Assembly (NCBI RefSeq): GCF_009914755.1
Contig: NC_060947.1
Strand: one strand, 5' to 3'
DNA: 64,000 nucleotides
DNA from: the human T2T-CHM13v2.0 reference genome, Homo sapiens
Below are positions 44,886-57,850 of the stretch, piece after piece (the stretch's first letter is position 1; the number at the start of each line of letters is the position of its first letter). The notes below the pieces were generated by a model. The model saw only the letters and a program-made list of their open reading frames with translations. It was not told the origin of the DNA and ran no database searches. Made by a program: the position numbers and the translations under genes.

Positions 44886-45634
44886 TTCACAATTTGGTTT
44901 ACAGCTAACCCAGACAGTGAAGGCATATACTAATGAGGAAATGATACGTATCCACTGTGTAATAGTTAGAATTCCACGATAGTGGAGGGGGGGTGTAAAG
45001 GGGGAAAATACAAGGTTGTCTATCAGATTACAGAAATCGATTTTTTAAAAAACACTTCCAAAGGAGAATTTGAGCAGAAGGCTGGGCCTGTGGGGCAGAG
45101 AAACCTGAACAGGAGTAGTTGGAGTGTCTGACAGGAGGAGGCCTCCTAGGAGTGGTCAAAGATGGGTGATGGAGAGATCAGTGAGGTACCCTTTTCCCCT
45201 GAGTATTTGTCAGAGATGAGGACTGAGGATGAAACTTTCAGGAATGGGAGTTGTAGAATGAACACAAATCAAAAGATTACTTTGTATATATGTATGGAAG
45301 GAAGGGACTCTGAGGTTGCAGGGGGTGAGGTCTGCTGTTACAGGCTCTAATGATCATTTCACAACTTGCAGACAGATGGAAAAAGCCGAATGGAAAAGTT
45401 GGGAAGGCTGGGGAGGGTGAGGGGGTGGGACTCTATATTTCTCCTTACCCCCTTCTCTTTTTGTAATGCTATTTCTTGGTTAGTCAGGAGCACAGTATTA
45501 ATGTCTTTCTATAGAAGTTTCACAAAACTTCATACCTTTGACTTCCCAAATGAGATGACTTAGGTGGCAGACTCTAGGTGTGGTTACCATAAAATTCAAA
45601 ACAAAAAGATGCAACTAGTTTCAGGCAAGAGAGT

Positions 45635-45946
45635 TGCTATGGTCTGAATGTTTATATCCCCCCAAAATTAACATGTTGAATTCCCAATCCCCAAGGAAAT
45701 GTTATTAGGATAGGGGACTTTTGAGAGGTGATTAGGCCCCAAAGAGATCCCTCACCCCTTCTGCCATGCGAAGACACAGTGAGAAGATGGCCACCTATGA
45801 ACCAGAAGTGGGCCCTCAGCAGACACTGAATCTGCCATCACTTTGATCTTAGACTTCCTAGCCTCCAGAGCTATGAGACATAAATTTCTGTTGTTTAAAA
45901 GCCAAAATGTTATATTTTGTTGTAGCAGCCAGAATGGACTGAAACA
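45635..45946 (+). mobile_element. MLT1A0-like solo LTR with an internal deletion
   Basis: tgctatggtctgaatgttt...ccctcaccccttctgccatg.gaagacacagtgagaagatggc...agcagcc.gaatggact. Confidence 0.88.
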
Positions 45947-48635
45947 ATAATCTTTTAAAGCAAACAAAGCTCCACGTGAGTGAGTACAGAAAATGAGAGG
46001 AACTGAAACAGTTAGGAAAATTAGAGCAATGCCTCTGAGGTAGAGACTGAGTGTGCAGGCTCTGAGGGCAATTCCATGGCTGATGAACTGCAGCTTCTCT
46101 GCCACCAAGTCTCTCACTCCTCTATCAACTTCCTTCTTTTTCCTCCTTGGAGTTATATGTCTTGGTTAGACAGCACTGCTGTGTTAGATCATAAAGCTTC
46201 ATGCCTCACACCTCCCAACCAGATGACCTTTTATGATAGACACTGACAGGAAAGCCTAAGTCAAAGCTGTGCCTAGGGGTCGCTCTGCTAACATCTAGCT
46301 AAGAACGCAGCAAAAGGGTTGCACTGGAGCAGGTGCTTTGGGGAAAATGGATTCCAATCTAAAGGAAGGAAGCAGGACTGAAACTTCTGACAAGGTATAA
46401 TGCCTGTGGATGAAACCTGAATTTGCTAGCTCTGGAGAGGATCTTTGGTCTCCGAAGGAGAGAATCTAGGGAATAGAGGCTTCACTTCAATTATAGAAAC
46501 ACCTATCTGTTTTCCAAGGGAGCAGAATAGAAAAATGTGCTCTGCTACCTGGCTTCTCTTTTTTGTGCTTATCACTTTATGTTCATAGTGTTTCTCATAG
46601 TTGAAGGCTGAGCTTTATAGTACATATAGAATACAAGCCCACAGCTATTTCAATTGTTAGATTATTCTCTGTCAGTGCATGTTACAATGATTCCATGTCT
46701 TTTTGCTAAACTATTTTGAAATACTGTTTCATCAAGTTAAAATACTAAACATTTAGTTGTGCCATAGCATGATTTTTACTTGTTTTGTGACTCTTGTCGG
46801 ATACTTAAATGATCACATGTGATGTGACAAGGAAGATACCATGGTCCAATCACCCACAAAGTAGTAGAAAAGAGATAGACAGCAAGACAAAAAGAAGCAG
46901 AAATAGCAGGGACACAATGTGGTGGGAGGTTTGAAAGGGAAAGAGATTTATTTAGGGAAATAAGCTTTAGCAGATCCATGTACCGAGTTTCCTAAGCCAG
47001 CAGGGTCAGTTTAGAATTGATCTGCAAGACAATGTTTGAATGCATTCTATACTTTCTTTTGCTCCCCACCAGCATACTATATTTTGATGATTGGTCTTTT
47101 GGCACAAGACTAGAAAATGCATAACTGTGAGGGCAGAAAGCATTGCACACATTAAACAGTGGTTGGTGCAACACACATTTAGTGTATCTCACAGCGATCT
47201 GCATTTGCTCAATTTCAACCCACTGGACTGCTAGGTAATGGGAATTGCAGCCTGAATGTCTAGGCTGGGGTAGAATAGATCCCCTGGAATGTTTTTCTAA
47301 TATCTATTTATCAAGCTCCCTAACTGATGTAAAAATCCATACAGCAGAGACAGCGTCAACATTTTATTTTTCTTCCAAAGGAAAATACTTTTTTTATTTC
47401 AGGTAGCTCATCCTCTCTAGGCTGCAGACTGAATACATTCTTTTTAAGTCTAAGCATTAATTAGACAGATAAAGAAATGTAGCTCCCTTTGTTCAGAAGG
47501 AGAATTCTATTGAGCCTTTGACAATGAAGCTGCTTAAGGGACAGCCTGAGTTGCTGTTTCTGCAGAGTTTCTGTAGAAGGAAGATAAAGAGGCTCACTAG
47601 TGGAGGACTCTGTCTTTGTGCCATCTTCTTGCTGCTTCTTCTGGGCTCCAGTGGGAAGTAGAGCCCTAAAAAGTAAATAAAAGGTCCATGAAGGCCAAAA
47701 TGAATCCTGTGACTTAAAGCCAGAAACCAGAATGCACCACTGGCGCACCTAATAGCCTCAGAAAGTGTTTGAGTGGTTGTTCCCATCTTACGCCCTGCTA
47801 CTTCCCACTAGCATCAGATGACAGATTATGGTGAGCTCACAAAAAAGCCCCTAAGGAACCCAGCCAAGATGGGTTTCTTACAGGTACAGAAGGCTCCTTG
47901 AGGCCACACTACCAGTTTACCAGGTGCTTGGGAGGGGGAGGTTCATTTTGCGCATCCACAGTTTGCTTTAAAAACTGTCTTATGTAACAGGAGAGAAGCC
48001 ATAAACACCAGCACTCTCAAGGTCACCTCCACTGAATGCAGGGCTTGGGGAACACTGTATAACTCCTGAAAAGGTGCCAAGTGCCAACCCTAGGCAGCTC
48101 TCTGGCTGCAATTTTGTGTCCCTACTTTGAACAGATTATCCAGCTGAACCACTCTACTACAGTCCTTGCTGCCCTTAGGCCACTGTCATACATCTCACTT
48201 TACCCCAACAGTCAAAACCTTGGCTTTTTACTTTTCCTTTTTCTGTTTTTGGACTTAAAAGCTTTTAATTGCAGTAAAATATACATACAAGACAATGCAC
48301 ATATCATAAGCATCCAGCACGGTAAATTTTCACGAATATGTCCATGTAACCGATTCCCAGGTCAAAAAATAAAACACTGCTAGCACCACAAAAGCTCTCC
48401 AGCTTTTATCCAGTCACCATCACCCAAGGGTAACAACTACACTGACTTCTAGCGTAAGTTCATTTTTATATTCTTTTTTAACTTTTTAATTTTTAGATTT
48501 TTAAAATTTGTAATTGCCATAACAATTATGTATATTTATGGGCTACAATGGGATGTTTTGATATATGTATACATTCCAAAAAGATTCAATCAACCTAATG
48601 AACAGATCTATCACCTCATCAATTTATCATTTAGT

Positions 48636-48990
<355 letters not shown>

Positions 48991-49021
48991 TTAGATAATT
49001 TGAAATATACATTATTAGTGC

Positions 49022-51457
49022 CATATTTTAACTTTTTAATAGCTTTAAGGGTACAAGTAGTTTCTGGTTACATGGGTGAATTGTATAGTGGTGAAGTCTA
49101 GGCTTTTGGTGCACCTGTCACCAGAGTAGTATACATTGTACCCAATAGGTAGTTTTTCACCCCTCATCCCCCTCCACCCCTACCCCCTTCTGAGTCTCCA
49201 ATTTCCATTATACCACTCTGTGTGCCTTCATGTACCCATAGCTTAGTTCTCACTTTTAAGTGAGAATATATATTTGTTTTTTTATTTCTGAGTTACTTCA
49301 CTTAGAATAGTGGCCTCCAGTTCCATCCACATTGCTGCAAAAGGCATTATTTCATTCTTTTTATGGCTGAGTAGTATTCCATGGTGTATATGTTATATAT
49401 ATATATATATATATAATTTTCTTTATCCACTCATCAGTTGATGGGCACTTAGGGTGACTCCATATCCTTGCAATTGTGAATTTTGCTGCAATAAGCATAG
49501 GTGTGCAGGTGTCTTTTGATATAATGACTTATTTTCCTTTGGGTAGATACTCAGTAATGGGATTCCTGGATTGAATGGTAGATCAAATTTTTGTTCTTTA
49601 AGGAATCTCCATACTGTTTTCCATAGAGGTTGTACTAATTTACATTGCCACCAGCAGCATTAGAGCATTCTCTTTTCACCACATCCATGCCAACATCTAT
49701 TGTTGTTGGACTTTTTAATAATGACCATTCTGACTGGGGTAAGGTGGTATTTCATTGTTTTTTTAATTTGCATTCCCCTGATGATTAGTGATGTTGAACA
49801 TTTTTTCATATATTTGTTGGCCATTTGTACATCTTCTTTTGAAAAATGTCTATGCATGTCCTTTGCCCACTTTTTAATGGGATTAGTTGATTTTTTTCTT
49901 GCTGATTTGAGTTCCTTGTAGATTCTGCATATTAGTCTTTTTTCAAGTGCATAATTTAAAGGTATTTTCTCCCATTCTGTGTGTTCTCTGTTAACTCTGA
50001 TAACGATTTCTTTTGTTGTGCAGAAGCCTTTTAGTTTAATTAGGCCCCATCTATTCATCTTTATTTTTGTTGCATTTGTTTTTTTGTTTGTTTGTTTGTT
50101 TTGTTTTGTTTTTGTCTAGTCATAAATGCTTTGCCAAGGCCAATGTTCAGAAGAGTTTTTCCCAGGTATTCTTCTAGAATTTTTATGGTTTCAGATATTA
50201 TATTTAAGTCTTTGATCCATCTTGAGTTGATTTTTGTAGAAGGTGAGAGATGGGGATCCAGTTTCATTCTCCTACATGTGTCTTGACAGTTTTCCCAGTA
50301 CCATTTATTGAATAGGGTGTCCTTTCCCCAATTTATATTTTTGTATGCTTTGTGAAAGATCAGTTGGTTGTAAGTATTTGGCTTAACTGCTGGGTTCTCT
50401 ACTCTGATCCATTAGTCTATATGTCTACTTTTATACCAGTACCATGCTGTTTTGGTAATTAAACCCTTGTAGTATAAATTTAAATTGGATAATATGCTGC
50501 CTACAGATTTGCTCTTTTTGCTTAGGATTGCTTTGGCTATCTGGGCTCTTTTTTGGCTCCATATAAATTTTAGGGTTTTTTTTCTAATTTTATGAAAAAT
50601 GATGGTGGTATATTTATGGGAATTGCATTGAATCTGTAGATTGCTTTGGGCAGTATGGTCATTTTCACTGTATAGATTCTTCCAATCCATGAGCATGGGA
50701 CGTATTTCCATTTGTTTCTGTCATCTATGATTTCTTTCAGCAGTGTTTCGTAGTTTCCCTTGTAGAGATCTTTCACCTCCTTGGTTAAATATATTCTGAG
50801 GTATTTTAATTTTTGTAGCTATTGTAAAAGGGACTGAATTCTTGATTTGATTCTTAGCTTGGTCATTGTTGGTGTTTGGCACTGCTACTGTTTTGTGTAT
50901 GTTGATTTTGTAACCTGAGACTTTACTGAGTTTATCAGATCTAGAAGTTTTTTGGAGAAGTTTGAGGGTTTTCTAGATATAAGATCATATCATCAGCAAA
51001 CAGTTTGACTTCCTCTTTTCCAATTTGGATGTACTTTATTTCTTTCTTTTGCCTGATTGCTCTGGCTGGGACTTCCAGTTCTACATTGTTTAGAAGTGGT
51101 GAAAGTGGGCATCCTTGTCTTGTTCTACTTCTCAGGGGGAATGCTTTCAACTTTTCCCTATTTAGTATGATGCTGGCTATGAGTTTGTCAGATACGGCTT
51201 TTATTATTTTGAAGTATGTTTCTTCTATGCCTAGTTTGTTGAGGGTTCTTATCATAAAGAGATGCTGGATTTTATCAATGTTTTTTCTGTGTCTATTAAG
51301 ATGATCATATGGCTTTTGCACTTAATTCTGTTTATATAATGAATCACATTTATTGACTTGTGTAAGTTGAACCATCCCTGTATCCCTAGAATGAAACCCA
51401 CTTGATCATGGTGAATTATTTTTTTTTTTGATGTCCTGTTGGGTTTGGTTTGCTAGC
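49022..51457 (-). mobile_element. L1PB2/3-like 5'-truncated element
   Basis: 3' end gggtacaagtagtttctggttacatgggtgaattgtatagtggtgaagtct; antisense ORF2 remnants ([23 protein letters not shown]). Confidence 0.9.
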
Positions 51458-51641
51458 AATACCTTATTATTAACTGTGGTCATCATGTAATGTAATAGAT
51501 CACTAAAGATTATTCCTACAATCTAATTGAAAGTTTGTACCCTTTAATCAACATTTCCCCATTCCCCATTCCCTCACCATCCTCTCTCCTCTGCCTCTGG
51601 TAACAAGCTTTTTATTTGGTTTCTATGAGATCAACTTTTTA

Positions 51642-52460
51642 TAGTTTTAATTTGTCTTGTTATGGATATATGACAGCTATAGATATATTTATGGGATACA
51701 TGTGATATTTTGAAAAAGTATACAATATATAATGATCAAATCTGGATAGTTGTGATATCCATCATTTCAAATATTTGTGTTGAGAACATTTGAAATCCTC
51801 TCTTCTAGCTATTTTAAAATATATAATACATTATTGTTAACTATATTTGCCATATTGTGCCACTGCATACTAGATCTTATTCCTTCTATTTTTGTATCCA
51901 TTAACCAACTCCTTTTTATGTCTCCCTCCTCACTACCATTCCCAGCCTCTGATAAACATCATTCTATTCACCAACTCCATGAGATCAATTTTTAGCTCCT
52001 ACATGAGTGAGAATACGTGACATTTGTCTTTCTGTGCCTGGCTTATTTTACTTAACATAATGACCTCCAATTCCATCTACACCGTTTCAAATGACAGGGT
52101 TTCATTCTTTTTATGGTGGAATAATGTTCTGTTGTATATATATGCCACATTTACTTTATTCATTTATCTGTTGATGGACAACTAAATTGATTCCATATCA
52201 TAGCTACTGTGAATAGTGCTGAAATATATAAAAGTGCAGGTATCCCTTTGATATACTGATTTCCGTTCTTTGCTTATATACCTAGTGGTAGGATTGCTGG
52301 ATCATGTAGTTCTATTTTTAGGTTTTTGAGGAACCTTCATGTTTTCCATAGTGGCTGCACTAATTTACATTCCCACTAACAGTGTAGGAGTGTCCCCCTT
52401 TCTCTGCATCCTTGACAGCATTTGTTATTTTCTGCATTTTTTAAATAGTCATTTTAACAG
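51642..52460 (-). mobile_element. Second L1MA (MA3/4-like) 3' fragment nested in the L1MA host
   Basis: gatacatgtgatattttg...cctctcttctagctatttt...cccattaaccaac-type 3'UTR; the host resumes after it. Confidence 0.8.
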
Positions 52461-53523
52461 ATTATGACATTTTTCAATTCCACAAATAAGTGAAACCATA
52501 CAGTATGTGTCTTTTCTTGGCTTATTTAACTTGGCATAATGTTCTTCAGTTCTATCATAAGGGGCTAATATCCAAAATATATAAGGAACTCAACTCAATA
52601 GCAAGAAAACAAATAACCCAATTAAAACACGGGCAAAGGATCTGAACTGATATTTCTCAAAAGAAGAGATACAAGTGACCAACCAATATATGAAAAATGT
52701 TCAGCATCTCTAATCATCAGGTAATTGCAAATTAAAATCACAATGAGATATCACCTCACACCTGCTAGAATGGCTGTATCAAACAGACAAATGAAAACAA
52801 GTGTTAGTGAGGATATGGGGAAAAAATGAACCATAGTATACTATTGGTGGGAATGTAAATTAGTACAGCTATTTTAGAATATAGTATAGAGGTTCTTCAA
52901 AAAACTAAAAATAGAATTACTCTATGATCCAGCAATCCCACTTCTGAGTATATATCCAAAGGAATTGAAATTGGTATGTCAGAGATATCTGCACTCCCAT
53001 GTTAATTTCAGTATTTTTCACAATAGCGAAGACATGGAAGCAACCTAAGTGTCCATCAACAGATGAACAAAGAAAAGGTGGTATATATACACAATTTTAA
53101 AAAGGAAATGTTATCATTTGCAACAGTATAGATTCATTTTATGTGTTTTTGTGCTTTATACAAATTGAACCCTTCAGTATGCATTCTTATATCTAGTTTT
53201 TCTCAATATTATGTTTTAGATGTTCATTCATATGGTTGAACATAGTTTTAGAATGTTCACTTTCATTTCTGTTTATTGTACATTCATTCAAAGTAATACT
53301 AATTATATCCAATCTACTACTGAGGGTAAATTGGATAGTTTCCCTATTTTTTAGCTGTCCAAAATACGGTTGCTATAAACATTCTAGCATATGTATTTTG
53401 AAGAACATATATATGCTGTCATGAACTTTAGCTTCCCCATCTCTGCCAAGCTCAAAGCTCTTCCTGATTCAAAATTTTACTAACAGAAGACGACAGGATT
53501 AATTGTGATTTTTCAACATCAAG

Positions 53524-54516
53524 TATGGCCAACAGAACTTAGGATGGCCCCCACCTTCACACCCTGTATAATGTCCTTCCCTTGAGTGTGGCAATGATCT
53601 GTGATTTGCTTCTAACTAGTAGAAGATGACAAAGATGATTGGATGTCACTCCTGTGATTACATATGTGCTCACACACACAAACACACATGCTGTAAAAGG
53701 GCCTTCAGAGAGGGCCACATGGCAAGGAACTGCAGACAGACTCTACTTCCTAAAAGCAGACTTTGATCCACAGTTGGCAAGAAAATGGGAACCTGAATTC
53801 TACAGCTGTGAAGGGGATGAAGCCTGTAAACAAACTGAATGAGCTTGGAAATGGATTCTTCCCCAGTGGAGATTCCAGATAAGAACACTGGCTGGCAGCT
53901 TGATTGCAGCCTTGTGAGACACCATGCAGTAAACCTACTTAAGGCACACCCACACTTCTGACCTATGGAAACTGTGAGATAATAAATGTATGCTGTGTTA
54001 AGTCACTAGCTTTGGGGTAATTTGTTACACAGTATATTTTTTTCCTATTGCTGCTGTAACATGTCATCACAAACATATGACTTAAAACAATCCACATCTA
54101 TTGTCTTATTCCAGAGGTCAGAAATCCTAAAAACCAATGTGCTAGCTGGGCTGGGCTCCTTCTGGAGCCTCTAGGGTAGAGATCACTTGCACTCCTTAAC
54201 TCATGGCTCCTTTCTCCACCTTCAAAGCCAGTAGTACATCAACTTCAGGTTTTTGTCTGTCTCTATGACCTCTGCTTCCTTCATCATACCTTTTTTTTTT
54301 GACTCTGACCTTCTCACCTCCATCTTATCAAGACTCTCATGATAATACTGGGCCCACCCAGATAAATCAGAATTCTCTCTCCATTCTTAAGTTAGTCACA
54401 TCTGCAAAGTTCATTCTGTCTTGTAAGGTAACATTCACAGGTTCTGGGGAATGGTTTGCAGATATCTTTGAGGGGGTCATTCTGCCTACTACATACTGCA
54501 ATAGAAAATGAATGTA
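53524..54516 (+). mobile_element. MLT1E/F-like LTR interrupted near its 3' end
   Basis: cccttgagtgtgg...tgcttctaac...ggatgtcactcc...ttgattgcagccttgtgagac...gaaactgtgagataataaat...aatttgttacacag | caatagaaaa. Confidence 0.8.
54033..54493 (-). mobile_element. MLT1D/E-like LTR inserted in the MLT1F-like LTR
   Basis: tttcctattgctgctgtaaca...ctgggcccacccagataa...cacatctgcaaagt...ttctgcctactaca; degenerate TSD cacag / tactg. Confidence 0.8.
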
Positions 54517-54640
54517 GGTGCTCAACTTATGATGGCGTTAAGTCCTGATATAGCATTCCAAGTTGATAATATTATAAATCAAAAGTGTGTTTTTGCACTT
54601 TCATGTTAAATCATTGTGTTAAATTTAAATGGAGTCCTGG
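54517..54640 (+). mobile_element. Tigger4 (Zombi)-like fragment
   Basis: gctcaacttatgatggcgtta.gtcctgata...aagttga.aatattataa.tcaaaa resembles the Tigger4 left end. Confidence 0.5.
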
Positions 54641-54662
54641 AAATCAGGGCATACATATATAC

Positions 54663-54866
54663 CATTTAATTTATTTTTTATTTCAATAGGTTTTTGGGAA
54701 CAACTGGTGTTTGATTACATAAATAAGTTCTTTAGTGGCGATTTCTGAGATTTTGGTGCACCCATCACCGAAGCAGTATACACTGTACCCAATGTATAGT
54801 CTTTTATTCCTCACCCCCCTCCCACCTTTAGCCCGAGTATCCAAAGTCTATTGTATCACTCTTACA
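54663..54866 (-). mobile_element. Very short (~200 bp) L1PB1-like 3' end
   Basis: tttcaataggtttttgggaaca...ttctgagattttggtgcacccatcacc; perfect 14-bp TSD GCATACATATATAC at 54649-54662 and 54867-54880. Confidence 0.93.
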
Positions 54867-55075
54867 GCATACATATATACTTCTTGACTGTTTTGAAAAC
54901 ATCCTAAGATCTTCTCTTTCCTCCCCTCATATCACATTAGTCTCTAAATTATTTTGGTTTTTATGTTCTTTAGGTTAGTTTCCTTGTTTTTCATTGTTAA
55001 TGCCATAATAAAACCTCATCAGCTCTAATCTAGATTATTGCAACAGCCTGAAAGAGGTTACCAGAGACATCATTT

Positions 55076-57145
55076 CCCTCTCATCATTCCTATTCAACAT
55101 AGTGTTGGAAGTTCTGGCCAGGGCAATCAGGCAAGAGAAAGAAATAGAGGGTATTCAATTAGGAAAAGAGGAAGTCAAATTGTCCCTGATTGCAGATGAC
55201 ATGATTGTATATTTAGAAAACCCCATCGTCTCAGCCCAAAATCTCCTTAAACTGATAAGCAACTTCAGCAAAGTCTCAGGATACAAAATCAATGTTCAAA
55301 AATCACAAGCATTCCTATATACCAATAACAGACAAACAGAGAGCCAAATCATGAGTGAACACCCATTCACAATTGCTACTAAGAGAGTAAAATATCTAGG
55401 AATACAACTTACAAGGGATGTGAAGGAACTGTTCAAGGAGAACTACAAACCACTGCTCAATGAAATAAGAGAGGACACAAACAAATGGAAAAACATTCCA
55501 TGCTCATGGATAGGAAGAATCAGTATCATCAAAATGGCCATACTGCCCAAAGTAATTTAAAGATTAAATGCTATCCTGATCAAGCTATCATTGACTTTCT
55601 TCACAGAATTGAAAAAGACTACTTTACATTTCATATGGAACTAAAAAAGAGCCCGCACAACCAAGACAATCCTAAGCAAAAAGAACAAAGCTAGAGGCAT
55701 CATGCTACCTGTCCTCAAACTATACTACAAGGCTACAGTAACCAAAACAGCATGGTACTGCTACCAAAACAGATATATAGACCAATGGAACAGAACAGAG
55801 CCCTCAGAAATAACGCCACACATCTACAACCATCTGATCTTTGACAAACCTGACAAAAATCAAGAAATGGGGAAAGGATTCCCTATTTAATAAATGGTGT
55901 TGGGAAAACTGGCTAGCCATATGCAGAAAGCTGAAACTGGACCCCTTCCTTACACCTTATACAAAAATTAACTCAAGATGGATTAAAGACTTAAACATAA
56001 GACCTAAAACCATAAAAACCCTAGAAGAAAACCTAAGCAATACCATTCAGGACATAGGCATGGGCAAAGACTTCATGACTAAAACACCAAAAGCAATGGC
56101 AACAAAAGCCAAAATAGACAAATGGGATCTGATTAAAATAAAGAGCTTCTGAACAGCACAAGAAACTATCATCACAGTGAACAGGCAACCTACAGAATGG
56201 GAGAAAATTTTTGCAATCTATCCATCTGACAAAGAGCTAATATCCAGAATCTTCAAAGAACTTAAACAAGTTTACAAGAAAAAAACAAACAACGCCATCA
56301 AAAAGTGGGTGAAAGATATGAACAGACACTTCTCAAAAGAAGACATTTATGTGACCAACAAACATGAAAAAAAGGTCATCATCACTGGTCATTAGAGAAA
56401 TGTAAATCAAAACCACTATGAGATATCATCTCACACCAGTTAGAATGGCAATCATTAAAAAGTCAGGAAACAACAGGTGCTGGAGGGGATGTGGAGAAAT
56501 AGGAATGCTTTTACACTGTTGGTGGGAGTGTAAATTAGTTCAACCATTGTGGAAGACAGTATGGCAATTCTTCAAGGATCTAGAACCAGAAATACCATTT
56601 GACCCAGCTATCCCATTACTGGGTATATACCCAAAGGATTATAAATCACTCTACTATAAAGACACATGTACATGTATGTTTATTGTGGTACTGTTCACAA
56701 TAGCAAAGACTTGTAACCAACGCAAATGCCCATCAATGATAGACTGGATAAATAAAATGTGGCACCTATATACCATGGAATACTATGCAGCCATAAAAAA
56801 GGATGAGTTCACGTCCTTTGCAGGGACATGGATGACACTGAAAACCATCATTCTCAGCAAACTAACACAAGAATGGAAAACCAAACACTGCATGTTGTCA
56901 CTCATGAGAATAAGTGGGAGTTTGAACAATGAGAACACATGGACACAGGGAGGGGAACATCACACACCAGGGCCTGTTGGGGGGTGGGGGGCTAGGGGAG
57001 GGATAGCATTAGGAGAAATACCTAATGTAAGTGATGGGTTGATGGGTGCAGCAAACCACCATGGAACATGTATACCAATGTAACAAACCTGCACATTCTG
57101 CACAGGTATCCCAGAACTTAAAGTATAATAATAATAATAATAAAA
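55076..57145 (+). mobile_element. L1PA7-like 5'-truncated element (~2.1 kb)
   Basis: RT remnant ([14 protein letters not shown]) and ORF2 C-terminus; 3'UTR gggctaggggagggatagcattaggagaaatacctaatg...cccagaacttaaagtataata. Confidence 0.95.
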
Positions 57146-57850
57146 TACTGCCAACCAACTTAACCTAATTTATAGAGACAGCACTCTACCCAACAGCAGA
57201 ATACAAATTATTTTCAGGTACACATAGAACATTTACAAAGACAAACCATATTCTGGGCCATAAAACAAGTCTCAATACATTTCAGAGGATTCATGTCATA
57301 AAAAGGATATTTTGTGTCCACAGTGGAATTACATTCTAAATAAGTAGTAGAAAAATATCTGGAAAATCCCCTAATATCTTTAAACTAAATAACATACTTC
57401 TAAATAACCCATGAGTCAAAGAAGAATTCCAGAGGGAAACTAGAAAGTATTTTGACCTGAATAAAATTGAAAACACAATTGATCAAAGTTTGGGGTTACT
57501 GCCAAAGTAGTACTTGGAGGGAAATTTATAGCACTCACTGCCTATGTTAGAAAAGATGAAAGATCTCATATCAATGACCTCACCTTCTACCTTAAGAAAC
57601 TAGAAGAAGAGCATATGAAACTCAAATTAAGGAGAAGAAAGTAAAAAACCAGAGCAGGGAAGACAGGGAGGGAAGAAATACAAAGAGGTGCAAAGATACT
57701 TTTGGAGGGTGTTGGATATACTCATCATCTTGATTGTGGTGATAGTTTGACAGGCATATACATCCGTCAAAACTTATCAAAGAATATACTTTCAATATGT
57801 GCAGTTATATTATATATGTCAATTCTACTTAAATAAAGTTGCTTTGAAAA
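57146..57850 (+). mobile_element. Old L1M (MC/MD-like): ORF2 endonuclease region joined directly to a 3' end
   Basis: cagcagaatac...catattctgggccataaaacaagtctc... (endonuclease region), then from ~57665 catcttgattgtggtgat...aaaacttatcaa...tatgtgcagtt...aataaag. Confidence 0.72.

Noticed and set aside
47493-47786. Minus-strand ATG (MAQRQSPP…) with a nearby GTGAGC donor-like site
   Set aside because: No recognisable protein, no promoter or CpG island; the signals are weak enough to be chance.
55102-57083. Longest ORFs (152 aa, 103 aa, 221 aa) with RT and C-terminal motifs
   Set aside because: Fragments of L1 ORF2 in a 5'-truncated copy, broken by stops and frameshifts; not a gene.
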